DNA from: Octopus bimaculoides
Taxonomy: Eukaryota
Length of the DNA: 64,000 bases
Assembly: GCF_001194135.2 (NCBI RefSeq)
Contig: NC_068984.1
Span: forward strand, 28,891,751-28,955,750
Direction: 5' to 3'
The notes below the pieces were generated by a model. That model worked only from the letters and a program-made list of their open reading frames with translations, searched no databases and was not told the DNA's origin. This document shows positions 24,415 through 37,046 of the stretch, in pieces. Made by a program: the position numbers and the translations under genes. Position 1 is the first letter of the stretch. Each line of letters begins with the position of its first letter.

Positions 24415-24705
24415 GTGGACTCACTTATTGAAGATGACATATGAGTGTTCAGCTTTTGCCAAACGACCTGCACAAATGATTTGTTTATAATGATCAAATG
24501 CATGGGCTGTACTCCCTCCATCAAATCAATGTTGCCCGAACAGGGACAAGATGTACCATACATCAGGTGTTGAAGTGATCACAGCACAATGCAAGATAAA
24601 GTGTTTTGCTCAAGGATACAATGCACCACCTGGTCTTGGATTTGAAAATACAATCTCATGATTGTGAGTGCAACACCTTAACCACAAGGTCATGCATCCT
24701 CACTG
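24415..24705 (-). mobile_element. tRNA-headed SINE family D
   Basis: Minus strand gatgcatgaccttgtggttaaggtgttgcactcacaatc...tccttgagcaaaacactt (CORE-like); a related head occurs at 58638-58720. Confidence 0.7.
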
Positions 24706-25949
24706 CTGTAAGTAGTAGTAGTAGTAGTAGTACTACTACTACTACTACTACTTTTATTTTCAATTCAGACACTTTACTAAATATCAAATTATAGGTGTAA
24801 TTATCCCAAATGACACTAGATATGCATAGAAAATATCTAAATATATTAAGAATACTTCAGATGAAATGAAATAATAATTAATAGAATTTTTATTTTCAAT
24901 TTTTTATAAGTAATTTCGGTTCTTAACCGTCTGAGAAAGTAAACCCAATTGTCACCAAATAATATCTATATTGTATTTTCAGGTATTCAATTAGGTACTT
25001 TTCTAGAGATATCAAATCAATATTTGTATGTCTCCAAAGAATGCATAATGGTAATTATTAAGAAAGAAGACAATTAACAATACTCAAAGTTTGATACATT
25101 TTTATGATATTACAAAATGATTTAATTTATTTTTCATTTTACATCTTTATAAAGCATGCAAATACCTTGTAAAGGAATGTATATTGCAGTAAACATATTC
25201 TAAATTAATCCTGAAATCAATATTTCTAATAGATATTCATGATCAAAATGACACTAATATACTTTATAGCAGATATAATTAACAGCTATACAACATATAT
25301 AAAACATCACCTTTTTTCTGAAAAAATAACACACATTTCTGTAATAGCAGATTTTTGAAAGTGGGGAAACATCCAGATGCCAATTAAATTCTTATCATTA
25401 CAAACGAAAAAAAATTACAAATATCACCTCGTTTTGAGGAGCTTATAAATAGAAGATTCAGATAATGGGTCTCTACAAAGTCATGATTTAGTAAATTTGT
25501 CTCCAAAGATTAATGAAACATGTTCCAGGATATAATTTAAGTACTTAAAATGGCTCAGACATAGCAATGCAGATATTACTTCCTATGTAAATTAAAGCAA
25601 TAAGGAAAATTTTTAGTTTACTGTCAGCATATATTTTTTAATTTGTGCATTATGCATGAGTATGTAATTTTTTAATAAATTAATGAAAACTTCATTAGCT
25701 GTCAGTAATTAGAAACACCATTACAACTTTTGCAAGTGTTAATATAAACATGATACAACCAATTATACTTAATATAATTACCTCTCAAAATAAAATTATG
25801 GCAGTACATTGGAGTCCACTATTACATGGTAGAAGACTACAGCATATATCAAACCATTAAATACACACAGTGGATTTACTATTCTTGCTTGTATAGCCAA
25901 GATTTTTTCTTTCTAGTTACGAAGAAAGGGGCTGTACCATGGCCTTTCC

Positions 25950-26207
25950 AGGTCATGGCAAACTCTATGCTCTTTGTTTATATTCCTCTTGGACAGTTGA
26001 AAGTTAGTACTAGCAGGAAAAACTGTGTAAAGAGAGAATTCTAGAGGAACAACATTCTGGAGAGAAAGATTGAGTGTAGGAGTTAGTGTGAGGCATTGCA
26101 TAATAAAAGGAGGAAATATGAGTGAGTCCAGGAGTACATGAGTGGAAGGGACATGTAAGCAGACAGATGAAAAATGCAGATACGACTGTAGTAACAGTTT
26201 GAAAGTT

Positions 26208-26249
<42 letters not shown>

Positions 26250-27370
26250 ATGTCCGTGAGTCAGAGACTGAAGTACACTGGTGGACAAGTTTATGCCTAT
26301 CAGCCAAGTGTTTTTTTTTTTCAATGTGGTCTAAGGTACTGTGTGATTATATACATTACTCTCTCAGATATAAAGTTAACAACTGTTAGGCACAGTAATA
26401 TTTTCTAGTTCTAAAAATGAAGGCTATTTTAACGAAGCAGTCTTTGCTATGATGAGGATGTGCACTCGCCAACAAAGAACCTCAGCAACAGTAAATCCTA
26501 GCATTTGTGGTATACTTGATAGGTTCAAATTGCTTGTTGTGTGTTTTAAGGAGTGGATGGTAAAGTTTTATTGACTGAGTCATTGTACTGTTAAGGAGAC
26601 AAAATTGTCATTACTCTTTTGGAGGATGAATGCAAGGTTTATCTACATGACATCAGCATAGATTTAATGTGTGGTGCCATGGTTGCATGTGGACAATGTT
26701 TGGATAGTGTGGTTTAAAGAGGATTAAAAGTTACATTATTTGCATAACTGTGGAAATCACTGGAGATGACAAACACGAGGGAGTGTATGGGAATGAAACT
26801 CCATCTGAGTTTGTAATGAGTGGGACAGAAGAAGAGATCCATTAGTGAATACAGTAATGGCATGATCTGACAGGAAGTCAACAATGCAAGTGAAAAGAGT
26901 GCAGATGGGTGGGCAGTTTATCCCGGAGATGTATAAGCCAGAAACAGTCAACTGCTTTGCTGATGTTTTCATCAAAATATTTGAGGATGATAGCTCACAG
27001 ATGATGTAATAAAGAATGTCTCCAGTAGATTTGGTTTTATGAAATCTCCACAAGTAATCCTTAAAAAGCGTGAAATATTCAAATCTTAAGAAGAGATTAT
27101 AGCTAGTGGTTAAGATGTTAAGCGTGAGTGTAACAGGAAGGTATTTGGCAGGGTAAGATGAGTTGTTACTCTTCTTGAGAATAGGACAATCTGAAGCATA
27201 TTTCTAAAGATCAAGATATATTTTTGTAAAAAGAAAAAACTGAAAAGTTTGGAAAAGGTAAGGCCTAGCTCTATGGTTATAACCATCATGGCCAATGATA
27301 ATTATAACTGGTGCTGGTTCACAGTGTAAAAGATTGATTTCTGTCATCAACTTAACTGTTTCTAACAAAT
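25950..27370 (-). pseudogene. Degraded CR1-group LINE RT through C-terminus, interrupted by (GA)n at about 26210-26250
   Basis: CPILKKSN.SSYPAKYLPVTL, FHKTKSTGDIL, ISKAVDCFW (about 26937-26968, DISKAFDRVW-like), HSYANN (26735-26752, decayed YADD), C-terminal TNSYTQSFSP. Confidence 0.75.
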
Positions 27371-28322
27371 CAAGTGTGTAGCACATTTGCTACCAGATAC
27401 AATTAACTAGCATAGAAATGATTGAGGAGTTACTTAAATATTTTTTTTAATATTTGAAATGCAGTATTCAAATATGCAAAAGAGAATACTTAATTAAACA
27501 ACCCAATAACCAATGTTCTCCAAAATAGTTTTTATTAATGAACAAGAACTGTACAAATTTTCATGATAAAATTTTTTACAATCTATGATATCGCTTGATG
27601 TCTATTTTGTTTTACAATTTGTTTTAAACAGGAACTTAAAACTACTCTTTGTTAATACAACTGTAAAATATTTTCTCCTTTCATTTCCCAAAATTTCCCT
27701 TTAGTGATTATTTACTGTTCACTTCATGGATCATTTACTGTACTAGAGTAACAACTATTAACGACACAACTACATTTGGTTCAACAAGCAGTTATTAACT
27801 ATGTGAATTCTTTCACAATTATATTTGTTATCATTACTTCATTCTAACATGAATAAATCACTGTAACAACCTCATAAATATACCATCCTCATCTCGGATG
27901 TACATCCCACAACTTATTTTAAAGAAAATTACCAACATGAAATTGGAAATAGAACTCTACAATCTCAGATATCTACTAATAAGGTAGTGTACATCTCATG
28001 CCATGAAAAAAAAAAAAAAATAATAACCAGGAACAAAGGAAATTATTTACATGATGAAATCCAATACTTTTTTTTAAAGTAAAAATGAATTGAAATGATG
28101 ATGTGTAGAGTGGTGTAGAATAGTATGTTATATCGTATAGTGTGTTATACAGTGTTATTCCATGTATGTGTGTGTGTGTATGTGTGTGGTACTAAAGAAA
28201 TGACCTGTTCTTTTATATTTTCTATGGCACATATTGATTTACTTCACAACCTCACTACATACAAAGAATATGCAGAAAATAACTACATCTTGGAATTTGC
28301 CATTATTGATGTCATATTTCAG

Positions 28323-28364
<42 letters not shown>

Positions 28365-28374
28365 NNNNNNNNNN

Positions 28375-28412
<38 letters not shown>

Positions 28413-28619
28413 GCAAAAAAAAATAAATATGTTATATTTATGTTTATAGCATCAGTAGTGCATTGTGACATCAACATCAATCAACTGCACTTCTATATTT
28501 GTAGTTAATTCATGTTTTTAAAAATCCTCAATGTGAAAATATGGGTGGCTGCAGCATTCAGCAATTTTTGAAGAAATTTATCCAGCTTTCATGAAAATCA
28601 AGTAAATCTTTTGATATCT

Positions 28620-29880
28620 GACATGCTCTGATCTCAGTGGAAGCATGCTCAATGCTTTTAAGAAAAAGCTCTAATACAAGGAATTTAACAATACCAATTG
28701 ATTGCGGACATTTTACTGAAGAAATAATGCTTTTATATTTTCGTCCAGCAGTTCACATGTTATCTTAAAAGACATGTAGTTCATAGATAACAATAATTCT
28801 CTGAGTAGTTTCCAATCTAAATAATGTAGTTTACAGATTCTTAAATACAAAGTGACAGGAATCAGAAAATACCATTTTTACTGCTTCTATGAGGAATGCT
28901 TACTTATATCTCATCTAGCATTTCAATTTTTTATTTAGATATTAACATGCATTTTGTAGCTGAAGTATTCCAATAATGTCACAAGATTATTATAAGTTTA
29001 CCACATAATTTGATTTAATCATTTTTTTTTTTTTTTTTTAAAAAAGCTTTCTTAGATTTCATGAAAATGGGGTAATGGGATAACTATCCAGCAAGAATAA
29101 AGACTAAATTCTAACCAAGTTATGAATATATAACAGTCTAGTTACATAAAAACTTTTTGTTTTATAATACTAATTGGTACACCCTGTATTGCCATATAAG
29201 GTTTGAAATATTCTCTTCATTTCTTTGACATGGAAATGCAATTCAGACCAGTATATGAAATTCCCAAGGACATCCAGTCTGGAACTTTCATGTTATTATT
29301 TTAAGAACTAATATGACAAAAAAGGGAATCTAAACCGAGTGGACTCTTCCTTAATACATGTCTTTTTTCATAAAATTTTCAGGAATCTAAATCTCCTATG
29401 TAGACTGAACAACTCTCACAAACAATTTTGTTTAGATTCTACAAGACCACTGTAGAAGGAAATCTATGGAGATCTTTCAGTATCAACAAATGTAAAATAC
29501 TGTGTTTCTTCTTAGCCCCAAAAGTTATAGTACTTCCTTTCAAAAATTTAAAAGAAACTTAATGCAATTTAAAAACAGTGCTGCAGTAAAATTCAAGCCT
29601 TTCTATAATGCCATCACTCATAAAAACAAGTCACAAATATTAGAATTGAGTAAACAGCTTGTCAAGCAAGCAACAAGTACTCATGACAAAATGATAAGAT
29701 TCAGTAGAATGGTCTCATACAAAAAAGCATCTGAGACTTTTAAGCAAAATTCAACAGAAGAAAATTGAATTAAAAGGTTTGCATTAATAGTTCACTAATT
29801 CTTTTGACACCTGATGTACAATGCAGTGAATCATAAGGCATAGAAAGTTTTAACTCGTCAGCTTTCTGCTGTGACATTCT
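28620..29880 (-). pseudogene. Possible highly degraded hAT (Charlie/SPIN-like) transposase remnant
   Basis: IHCIVHQ at 29811-29831 (hAT C-x2-H motif) and weak C-terminal similarity (LLSMNYM...LLDENI); the rest is poorly conserved. Confidence 0.4.
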
Positions 29881-30044
29881 GAAAGATATTTTCCATGGGA
29901 AGAGGAAACTGATACAAGGACACAAACATTAAAAAAATGAAGTACGAGACCTAGGTGGACGCAATAATGCAACATTTTATAAAGTGTTGCTCTATATTAT
30001 TTATACAAATACACATATTGCTACATTCACATATATATGCAAGC

Positions 30045-30445
30045 AAAGAAAACTGTTTGGTAAGAAGCTCATTTCCTAACCATATTGTTCTGGGTTCAGT
30101 GGCACCTTGGGCTAGTGCCTTCTACTATAGCCTTGGGCTCATCAAAGCCTTGTGATTTGGTAGGCAGAAACTGACAGAAGCCCATTGTATATTTATTTAT
30201 TTATTTATTTATTATGTGTGTTTGTGTCTGTGCCTGTGTTTGTCCTCACTACTGCTTGTCAACTGGAGTTGGTGAGTTTTCATCTCCCTAACTTAGTAGT
30301 TCAGCAAGAGAAACCAACAGAATAAGTACTAGGCTTCAAAAAAAAAAAAAAAACGAGTTCTAGTATTGATTTGTTTGACTAAATCCTTCATAGTGCCCCA
30401 CTATGCCCACAGTCAAATAACTGAAACAAGTAAAACATAAAAGAT
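30045..30445 (+). mobile_element. SINE family A, degraded full length
   Basis: gtggcaccttgggctagtgccttctactatagcc...aataagtactaggctt...gtcaaataactgaaacaagtaaaa. Confidence 0.85.
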
Positions 30446-32121
30446 GTGCACGTATATTTTTAGATATATATGTGTGCACATATATGTGTAAAAATGTTTA
30501 TATGTCTATGTGTATGTGTGAATAGTTATTAGCAGTAATTCAGAACAACATACACAGATTACAGATTTTAATTTTTATACAGAAGTAAAATTATATTCAT
30601 GTGGTAAAGAACTCACTATTAGTATTTCTTTACATTTACAAAGAACATTACACATATTGCAAAAAGGCAGTAAAGTAAGTTCTCTTCATGATAGAGAAAC
30701 TTTTATTAAGTATAATATGAGAACACATTCAAACGTAAGTTAACATAAAATGGAAAAAAATATATATAAATAAAACCTACATGGAGAGTTAAATAGAAGA
30801 AATAAGTCATGTTTAAGTGGTGCATTTATTTTTTAAACACTTGACCTACAATTTTCTAAAAATTTCATAAATAAAATATATTATGCAGCACTTTATTTTT
30901 AAAAGAAACAGTGCTACATAACCAAAAAAACTACATAACCATGAGTTGGTGTTAAAATCATAACTTATATATTTTAAGGTCATTTTTCATTCCATTTTTA
31001 CATTTTATCTACTTATTAATTTTTTATTCAGTGTTAACATAATATTCTCAGTAACAAGAACATTCTTTAATGATACAGTATAAAAATTAACTGTTTCAAG
31101 ATTTTTCAGCCATGAATTTGCAGACACATTTATCAATTGCTCAGAAAGATAACATTGTCAATAAGTTGTTTCTTAAATCATTAACCTCCAATTGAACATA
31201 AATTTTTATCTTCAAATTTGACAAGAAAATTAGATTCTTCTTTTGTGGTTGATCATATAAACAATTTTTTTCCCCAGCTAAGTGCAATGTTTTATTTTAA
31301 AGTAAGGTCCTATACACAGGTTTTTTTCTTAAATTTTATGTTTAGTAATATCAGTTTCAGGTTCAAATCTGAATGTAAATATTATGAAATTCATTTGTTT
31401 GAAAGAATGATTAGCAACTTCTGTATTATAGATATATGTAAAATTCTTAATTAGATAATATCAGTAAAGTATGTAAATTTACTGGTGGTGATAAAGTTTG
31501 TAGTGTCTTTTTTTGTTTTTTGTTTCCTTTTTCGATTCCAGTTTAACATACTTTTTGATCTGTATTAAACTTAATGTTTAAGAACATGCACATGACTTCC
31601 ATAGCCAATACTCTATAATACAGAAGAAGACTCTGTCATGACTAATAAAACTGATTGCACCTAATGAAGTTTGAACTCATGAGACCACAAATCACTAGTT
31701 TAATATTCTGCTATTTAAATTTTGTGACTAGGCCATTATGTTACTGTAGTCTTTTTAATTTTAACTTTCTATTTTGTATGAATTTCACCAGATCTGTAAT
31801 GGAGTTGAGATGGAAATTAAAATGGAAATATGAGAATAAAAAGGAGTACTTGATTTGGAATTTTGAGTTCTAAATAGTTATGAATTGTTTGGATAAGAGG
31901 TCAATGTGTTCATATGAACATAAGTATGTACACATCATTGTATACTTTAAAAAGCCTGTATGCATGTATAAAGGAGTATATTCAAGTGCCAATGGGTGTT
32001 TAATTTATTGAAATATGTTAATGTGTGTGTGTGTGTGTCTGCAAGTGTATAAATATATATGCACACACACACACATACTCACACATATATATATATATAT
32101 CATTAACATTAATTGATGATG

Positions 32122-32306
32122 ATGGCTTTAAGGGTATAATGAAAGGCCTGGCTGGAGGTCCAACTTTCTGAGTTCTTTTACAGGGCTTAGAAAAACTGAA
32201 GGTCTGCTGCAATAAGTGTATGACTGAGAAGGGAATATGCTGAAGAAAATTGATCACCCTGTATTTTCTTTTACCCAAAGCCAGGAACTTTTCAGCACCC
32301 TCTCAT
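32122..32306 (+). mobile_element. Mariner-derived MITE, left end eroded
   Basis: Carries the transposase C-terminus (GLEKLKVCCNKC, cf. GIEKL..RW.KC) and right TIR ccaaagccaggaacttttcagcaccctc. Confidence 0.7.
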
Positions 32307-32348
32307 GTGTGTGTGTATGTGTGTTTATATATATGTGTGCGCGCATTA

Positions 32349-32422
<74 letters not shown>

Positions 32423-32896
32423 GTGCTTAAATATTAATATGCAAATACATGAATGTATGATATAAACTGAATCTATTTTGCAAACATACACGTATGCATA
32501 TAGCAGAACTTAAGAGCATGAGTGTGAGTGTATGGTGATATTGTATGTTCAAGTATGTCACCATTAGATACAGAGTCAATTCTGAAGCACTTATGAGAAG
32601 TAGAGACTAGCCAGACAACAATACTAAGCCCTAAAACTAAACAAAAACAAGTAAGCACTGAAGGGAAGATTGGAAGAGAAGAAAGGAAACAAATAGACAT
32701 AAATTCATAAAATATACCACAGTAAGTATTAAAAATAAGTGAAATGGACCAAAATGAATTTGAAAGAAAAGGTGATTATAAAAATAAAAGAGAGGAGAAA
32801 TAATAAAACAGAAAAGAATGATATATAGGAAAGTGGGAACACAACAGAATAAAAGAGGGAAACAAAGGAGAGATAAAAAAAAGTTAGAGAGGGAGG

Positions 32897-32932
<36 letters not shown>

Positions 32933-33084
32933 TGAGAATAAAGATACTTTGCTAGAGGAAACAATGGAGGAAGGTTAAGATTATTAACGAAATGTCTGAC
33001 AAATTTCTCAGTAAAGCAAGAGAAGAATAAAATAAAATAAATATTAGAAATTATTGTTTTTGAATTTTGGCACAAGGCCAAACT

Positions 33085-33260
33085 ATATCAACCTTTACCT
33101 TTCCCTTGGATAACATCGGTGGTATGGAGAGGGGAGGCTGGTATGCATGGGCGACTGCTGGTCTTCCATAAACAACCTTGCCCAAGCTTGTGCCTAGCAG
33201 GGGAACTTTCTAGGTGCAATCCTATGGTCATTCGTGACCAAAGGGGGTTTCTACTCCCCT
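33085..33260. mobile_element. Unclassified interspersed repeat
   Basis: GC-richer island ggataacatcggtggtatggagaggggaggctgg...gaccaaaggggg recalled as a common octopus repeat; single copy here, so not verifiable within the window. Confidence 0.4.
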
Positions 33261-33473
33261 TGATCATAAGTATTTACATGGACAGATAGTATCACAAAGA
33301 CAAATCTCCATTCGCATACATATAGATATGTTGTATGTGTGTGTGTGTTGGATGTTTGTATGCATGTGCATGTGTGTATAATGGGCTTTGTAAACAAGAA
33401 AGGGGACTATGGTTCATTTATTATTTTAAATCAAAGTTGAGATACATCATTATTCCAAGGTTTCAATTTCATA

Positions 33474-33600
33474 CAGGGTGTCTACAAAGTCTGGGTACAT
33501 GGGGATTAACACATACTTTAAGAAATTATTATTTCTTATATTTAATTGTTTATGTTATGATTTTATTTACTCCATGTAGCCAGACTTTGTAGACACCCTG
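33474..33600. mobile_element. 127-bp Tc1/mariner-type MITE
   Basis: 29-bp TIRs cagggtgtctacaaagtctgg(g/c)tacatgg with one mismatch, AT-rich interior, TA on both flanks. Confidence 0.92.
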
Positions 33601-33624
33601 TATAATGCTCACCAGGAAAATGTT

Positions 33625-33955
33625 CATCATCACTGAATGTCCATTTTCCATGCTCACATGGGTTGGATGGCTTGATAGGAGCTGGCAAGGCCAGAGGCCA
33701 CACTAGATTCCATAGTCTGTCTTCAAGTACTTAAGCCAGATGCCTTTCCGAATGCCAAATATTTTACTGAATGTACTGGGTGTTTTTTCCATGTAACCAG
33801 CATCAGTGCTTTCTATGCAACTCCAGTACCAGTACATTTTATGTGGTACCAGCACCAATACTTTTTACGTGGCACCAGCACCAGTATTCTTTTACAAGGC
33901 ACCAGTACCAGTGCTTTTTACATAGCACCAGCATGTTTTTTTTTGGCAGCACCAA
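33625..33955 (-). mobile_element. RTE-type 3' tail with about 25-bp minisatellite
   Basis: catcatcactgaatgtccattttccatgc terminus followed by repeated gcaccagcaccagt(a/g)ctttttac units. Confidence 0.75.
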
Positions 33956-33959
33956 GGTT

Positions 33960-33981
33960 TGTGTGTGTGTGTGTGTGTGTG

Positions 33982-34039
<58 letters not shown>

Positions 34040-34110
34040 GATGTATATATGTATGTAAGTATGTGTGTGAATGTATGTATGTACGTACGTATGTATGCAT
34101 GTATGTATGT
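33960..34110. repeat. Compound (GT)n-(GATA)n-(GTAT)n microsatellite
   Basis: Direct observation. Confidence 0.95.
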
Positions 34111-34121
34111 AAAGTGCAGAT

Positions 34122-34263
34122 ATGGTAGTGGAGGTTAAGAATTTCACTTTGCAATCACATAGTTTCAGTTTCAGAGCTACTTCAAAACAACTTGGGCAAG
34201 TGTCTTCCACTATAGCCTCCAGCCAATTAATGCTTTGCGAGTGATTTTGGTAAAAGGAAACTA
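34122..34263 (+). mobile_element. SINE family A, degraded head; another at about 47100-47245 (+)
   Basis: cttgggcaagtgtcttccactatagcctcc core motif. Confidence 0.7.
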
Positions 34264-35021
34264 CAAATTATACATTGGCAAAGATGTAAACACTGATGAG
34301 AAAACCAATAAACCAATGCACTCAAACAAAAACACTCCATGTTATCTATTTCACTCAAGTTGTATTACATGTTCCCTTGTCAATGTGACCATTGTAAATG
34401 CACTGAATTAGTGAGTGACTCCTTAAAGATTTGTATCTGCTTCTTCTGTTGATTTATATCTGACAAAATATTTCCCAAAACCAATAATATCTGGTGTCGC
34501 TGTTCCTCACATGAATATTATGACTGTTAGGTTGTACTTTCCCATTTGCCCTTAAAGTGCAAGGAGCACCAAGAAAATTTGCTCAACGTTAGCAGGTATT
34601 GTTACTTGCTTCAAGAAGCCTGGTGGACACTAACGTTAGTTAATAAATCAGCTGCAATATTTGACTGTGTTTTATTTTCCTCAAAATAATGAGAGGCAAA
34701 TTCAACCTTGGTGAATTTTCAACTCAGAATATAAAGAATGAAACAAAATGCTGAAAGACATTTTGTCCACAAAAATGTGACAACTTACAAAGAAAAATGA
34801 TATTAGTCAATAACTTATAATTAGTAACTTTTTTAAAGAACACTTCACCACCTGCAAAGCATTAAATATGTTAACATTAACTTAACTCATGTTTTTTTTT
34901 TCCAGTTTTACATATGGTGAAACACACAGACATTAGATGTAGAACATTTATGTTTTCAGAACTTCAATGTTCCACACATCAAATATACTCACTCTAACCC
35001 ACCTTGTTTTTTAATATATAT

Positions 35022-35205
35022 CCTTTCACTTGCTTCAGTCAATGGACTGTGGCCAAGCTGAGATACTACTTTGAAAGGTGTAACCAATCAAATCATTTCA
35101 AGTGCTAATATTAAACCTGATACTCATTCTATCAGTATTCTTTTGCTAAACCACAAACAGGGATGCAAACAAACAAGCACTAGTTGCAGACAGTGAGAAA
35201 AGTAA
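35022..35205 (-). mobile_element. SINE family A, 3' half; another at about 58178-58360 (-)
   Basis: ttcagtcaatggactgtggccaagctg...tactcattctatcagtattcttttgct is the reverse complement of the family A tail. Confidence 0.75.
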
Positions 35206-36386
35206 AGTGCATGTACATGCACACACACACGCACACATACACACACACACGCANNNNNNNNNNNNNNNNNNNNNNNNNNNNNNNNNNNNNNNNNNNNNNN
35301 NNNNNNNNNNNNNNNNNNNNNNNNNNNNNNNNNNNNNNNNNNNNNNNNNNNNNNNNNNNNNTCATACAATCTTTGGGTGTATTCAACTAAATACATATTC
35401 TACTCAATATTTTAATGTATTGACTTCATCATTGAGTGAAGAATCTTCTAAATCCCTATATTAAGGTAATCTTGTGTGAATGTGTGTATGCATGCATGAG
35501 TAAGTATATATAAAATAATGCATATCTGCAAAAGAAGTCTACAAAAATAATCATTATTTTATATTGATTTTTTTTTTTTAGAGATTATTTGATGAGGACA
35601 GCTTTGGAGTCTTTATTTTTCTTTTTTGTGATTTCCTACAATGTTTTTGTGCAATTTGATTTTTATCTAATTTTCTTTTAATCTGAAGACAAACTTTTAG
35701 AAATGATTTAGTGTTTGTAGTTGAAAGTCAAATTTCCAAAGTGGAATGTCTATCTGCAGTTCATTTTGTCCGTCACAAATGTAATACTGATTTAATTTCA
35801 AATGACTTCCTCTTTCCTAGCATGTGTACACCCGTGCACGTGCATGTGTATATGTACATAGAAAACAGTTATCTAGTTCTTACTTGAAATGATACATTCT
35901 ATATTCCTCAGAGCAGATGAATTAAACAAATTCTTTTACAGACTAATTATGGTCAAAACTGTCCTTTTCCAGATTTTACTTATCTACAAAGGAATCCAGT
36001 GTACAAAACAAAAGCAAAAGAGTAATGATGGCTAATCTTGTGACAAGCAATAATAATAGAGTATCATGGTAAGTTTATAACTTAAACAAAATGTGTGCAA
36101 TGAATTTATGGAAATGTTTTATTCCATGTAAATTTCTAACTCAATCAATCATCTGCCAGTCATTTTTAATTTAGAGTGTAAAGGTCTTTTGTAAATATAT
36201 AAGGTATATACATTTTTTTCCTTAAAGATTGCAAAATTTCTTACATCCTGAAAAAGTTTCCTCCCAAACGTCAACCATTTCAAAAGCAGCAGTAATTTCA
36301 TTGTGCATGTTCATATACACATGTATGAAGAATAAGGGAAAGAATTGAAAAACCCATAAATATATAAACCATTATTATCAGGTGTT

Positions 36387-36394
36387 GCCTTCAG

Positions 36395-36460
<66 letters not shown>
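36387..36460. repeat. (TA)n microsatellite
   Basis: Direct observation. Confidence 0.95.
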
Positions 36461-36464
<4 letters not shown>

Positions 36465-36957
36465 GTGCATTTCTTCTATGAGAATTAAAAAGAAAATTTT
36501 TATTTTAACATTGACACACAAGCACATATATACTTAGGTACATACATACAATTCAACGCAAGAACAATAACAAACATATACAAAGCAACAATATAATTGA
36601 TGTTGATAAGATAAAGCAAGAAAATAGGTACCTATCAATAAATAGTTAGAGAAAAAAAAGTTATAGAAAAAGAAAGTGGAGTAAGAGCAATTTTTAATCA
36701 AAGTTTTCAATATGTCTACGTGTGTGCTTTTGTGTGCATAGACACACAAAGTGACACATGTGCACATACACAAACACAGGCATATTCCTTCAACATATAA
36801 TTATAAATAATAAAGATTGAAAAGGAAACATCAGAATGTAGATTATCAACTATAAATCATTTTCAAAAGAAGGTTATTTCTAACATAAAAAATCAGAGGT
36901 GAGAAGGGATAGAGAAGAAAATAATAAATCATTCAGGCAAACACTTTCTTTCAATTA

Positions 36958-36959
<2 letters not shown>

Positions 36960-37042
<83 letters not shown>
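36960..37042. repeat. (TC)n microsatellite
   Basis: Direct observation. Confidence 0.95.

Positions 37043-37046
<4 letters not shown>

Noticed and set aside
29502-29768. 88-aa plus-strand ORF
   Set aside because: No splice or motif support; lies antisense to the hAT-like remnant.
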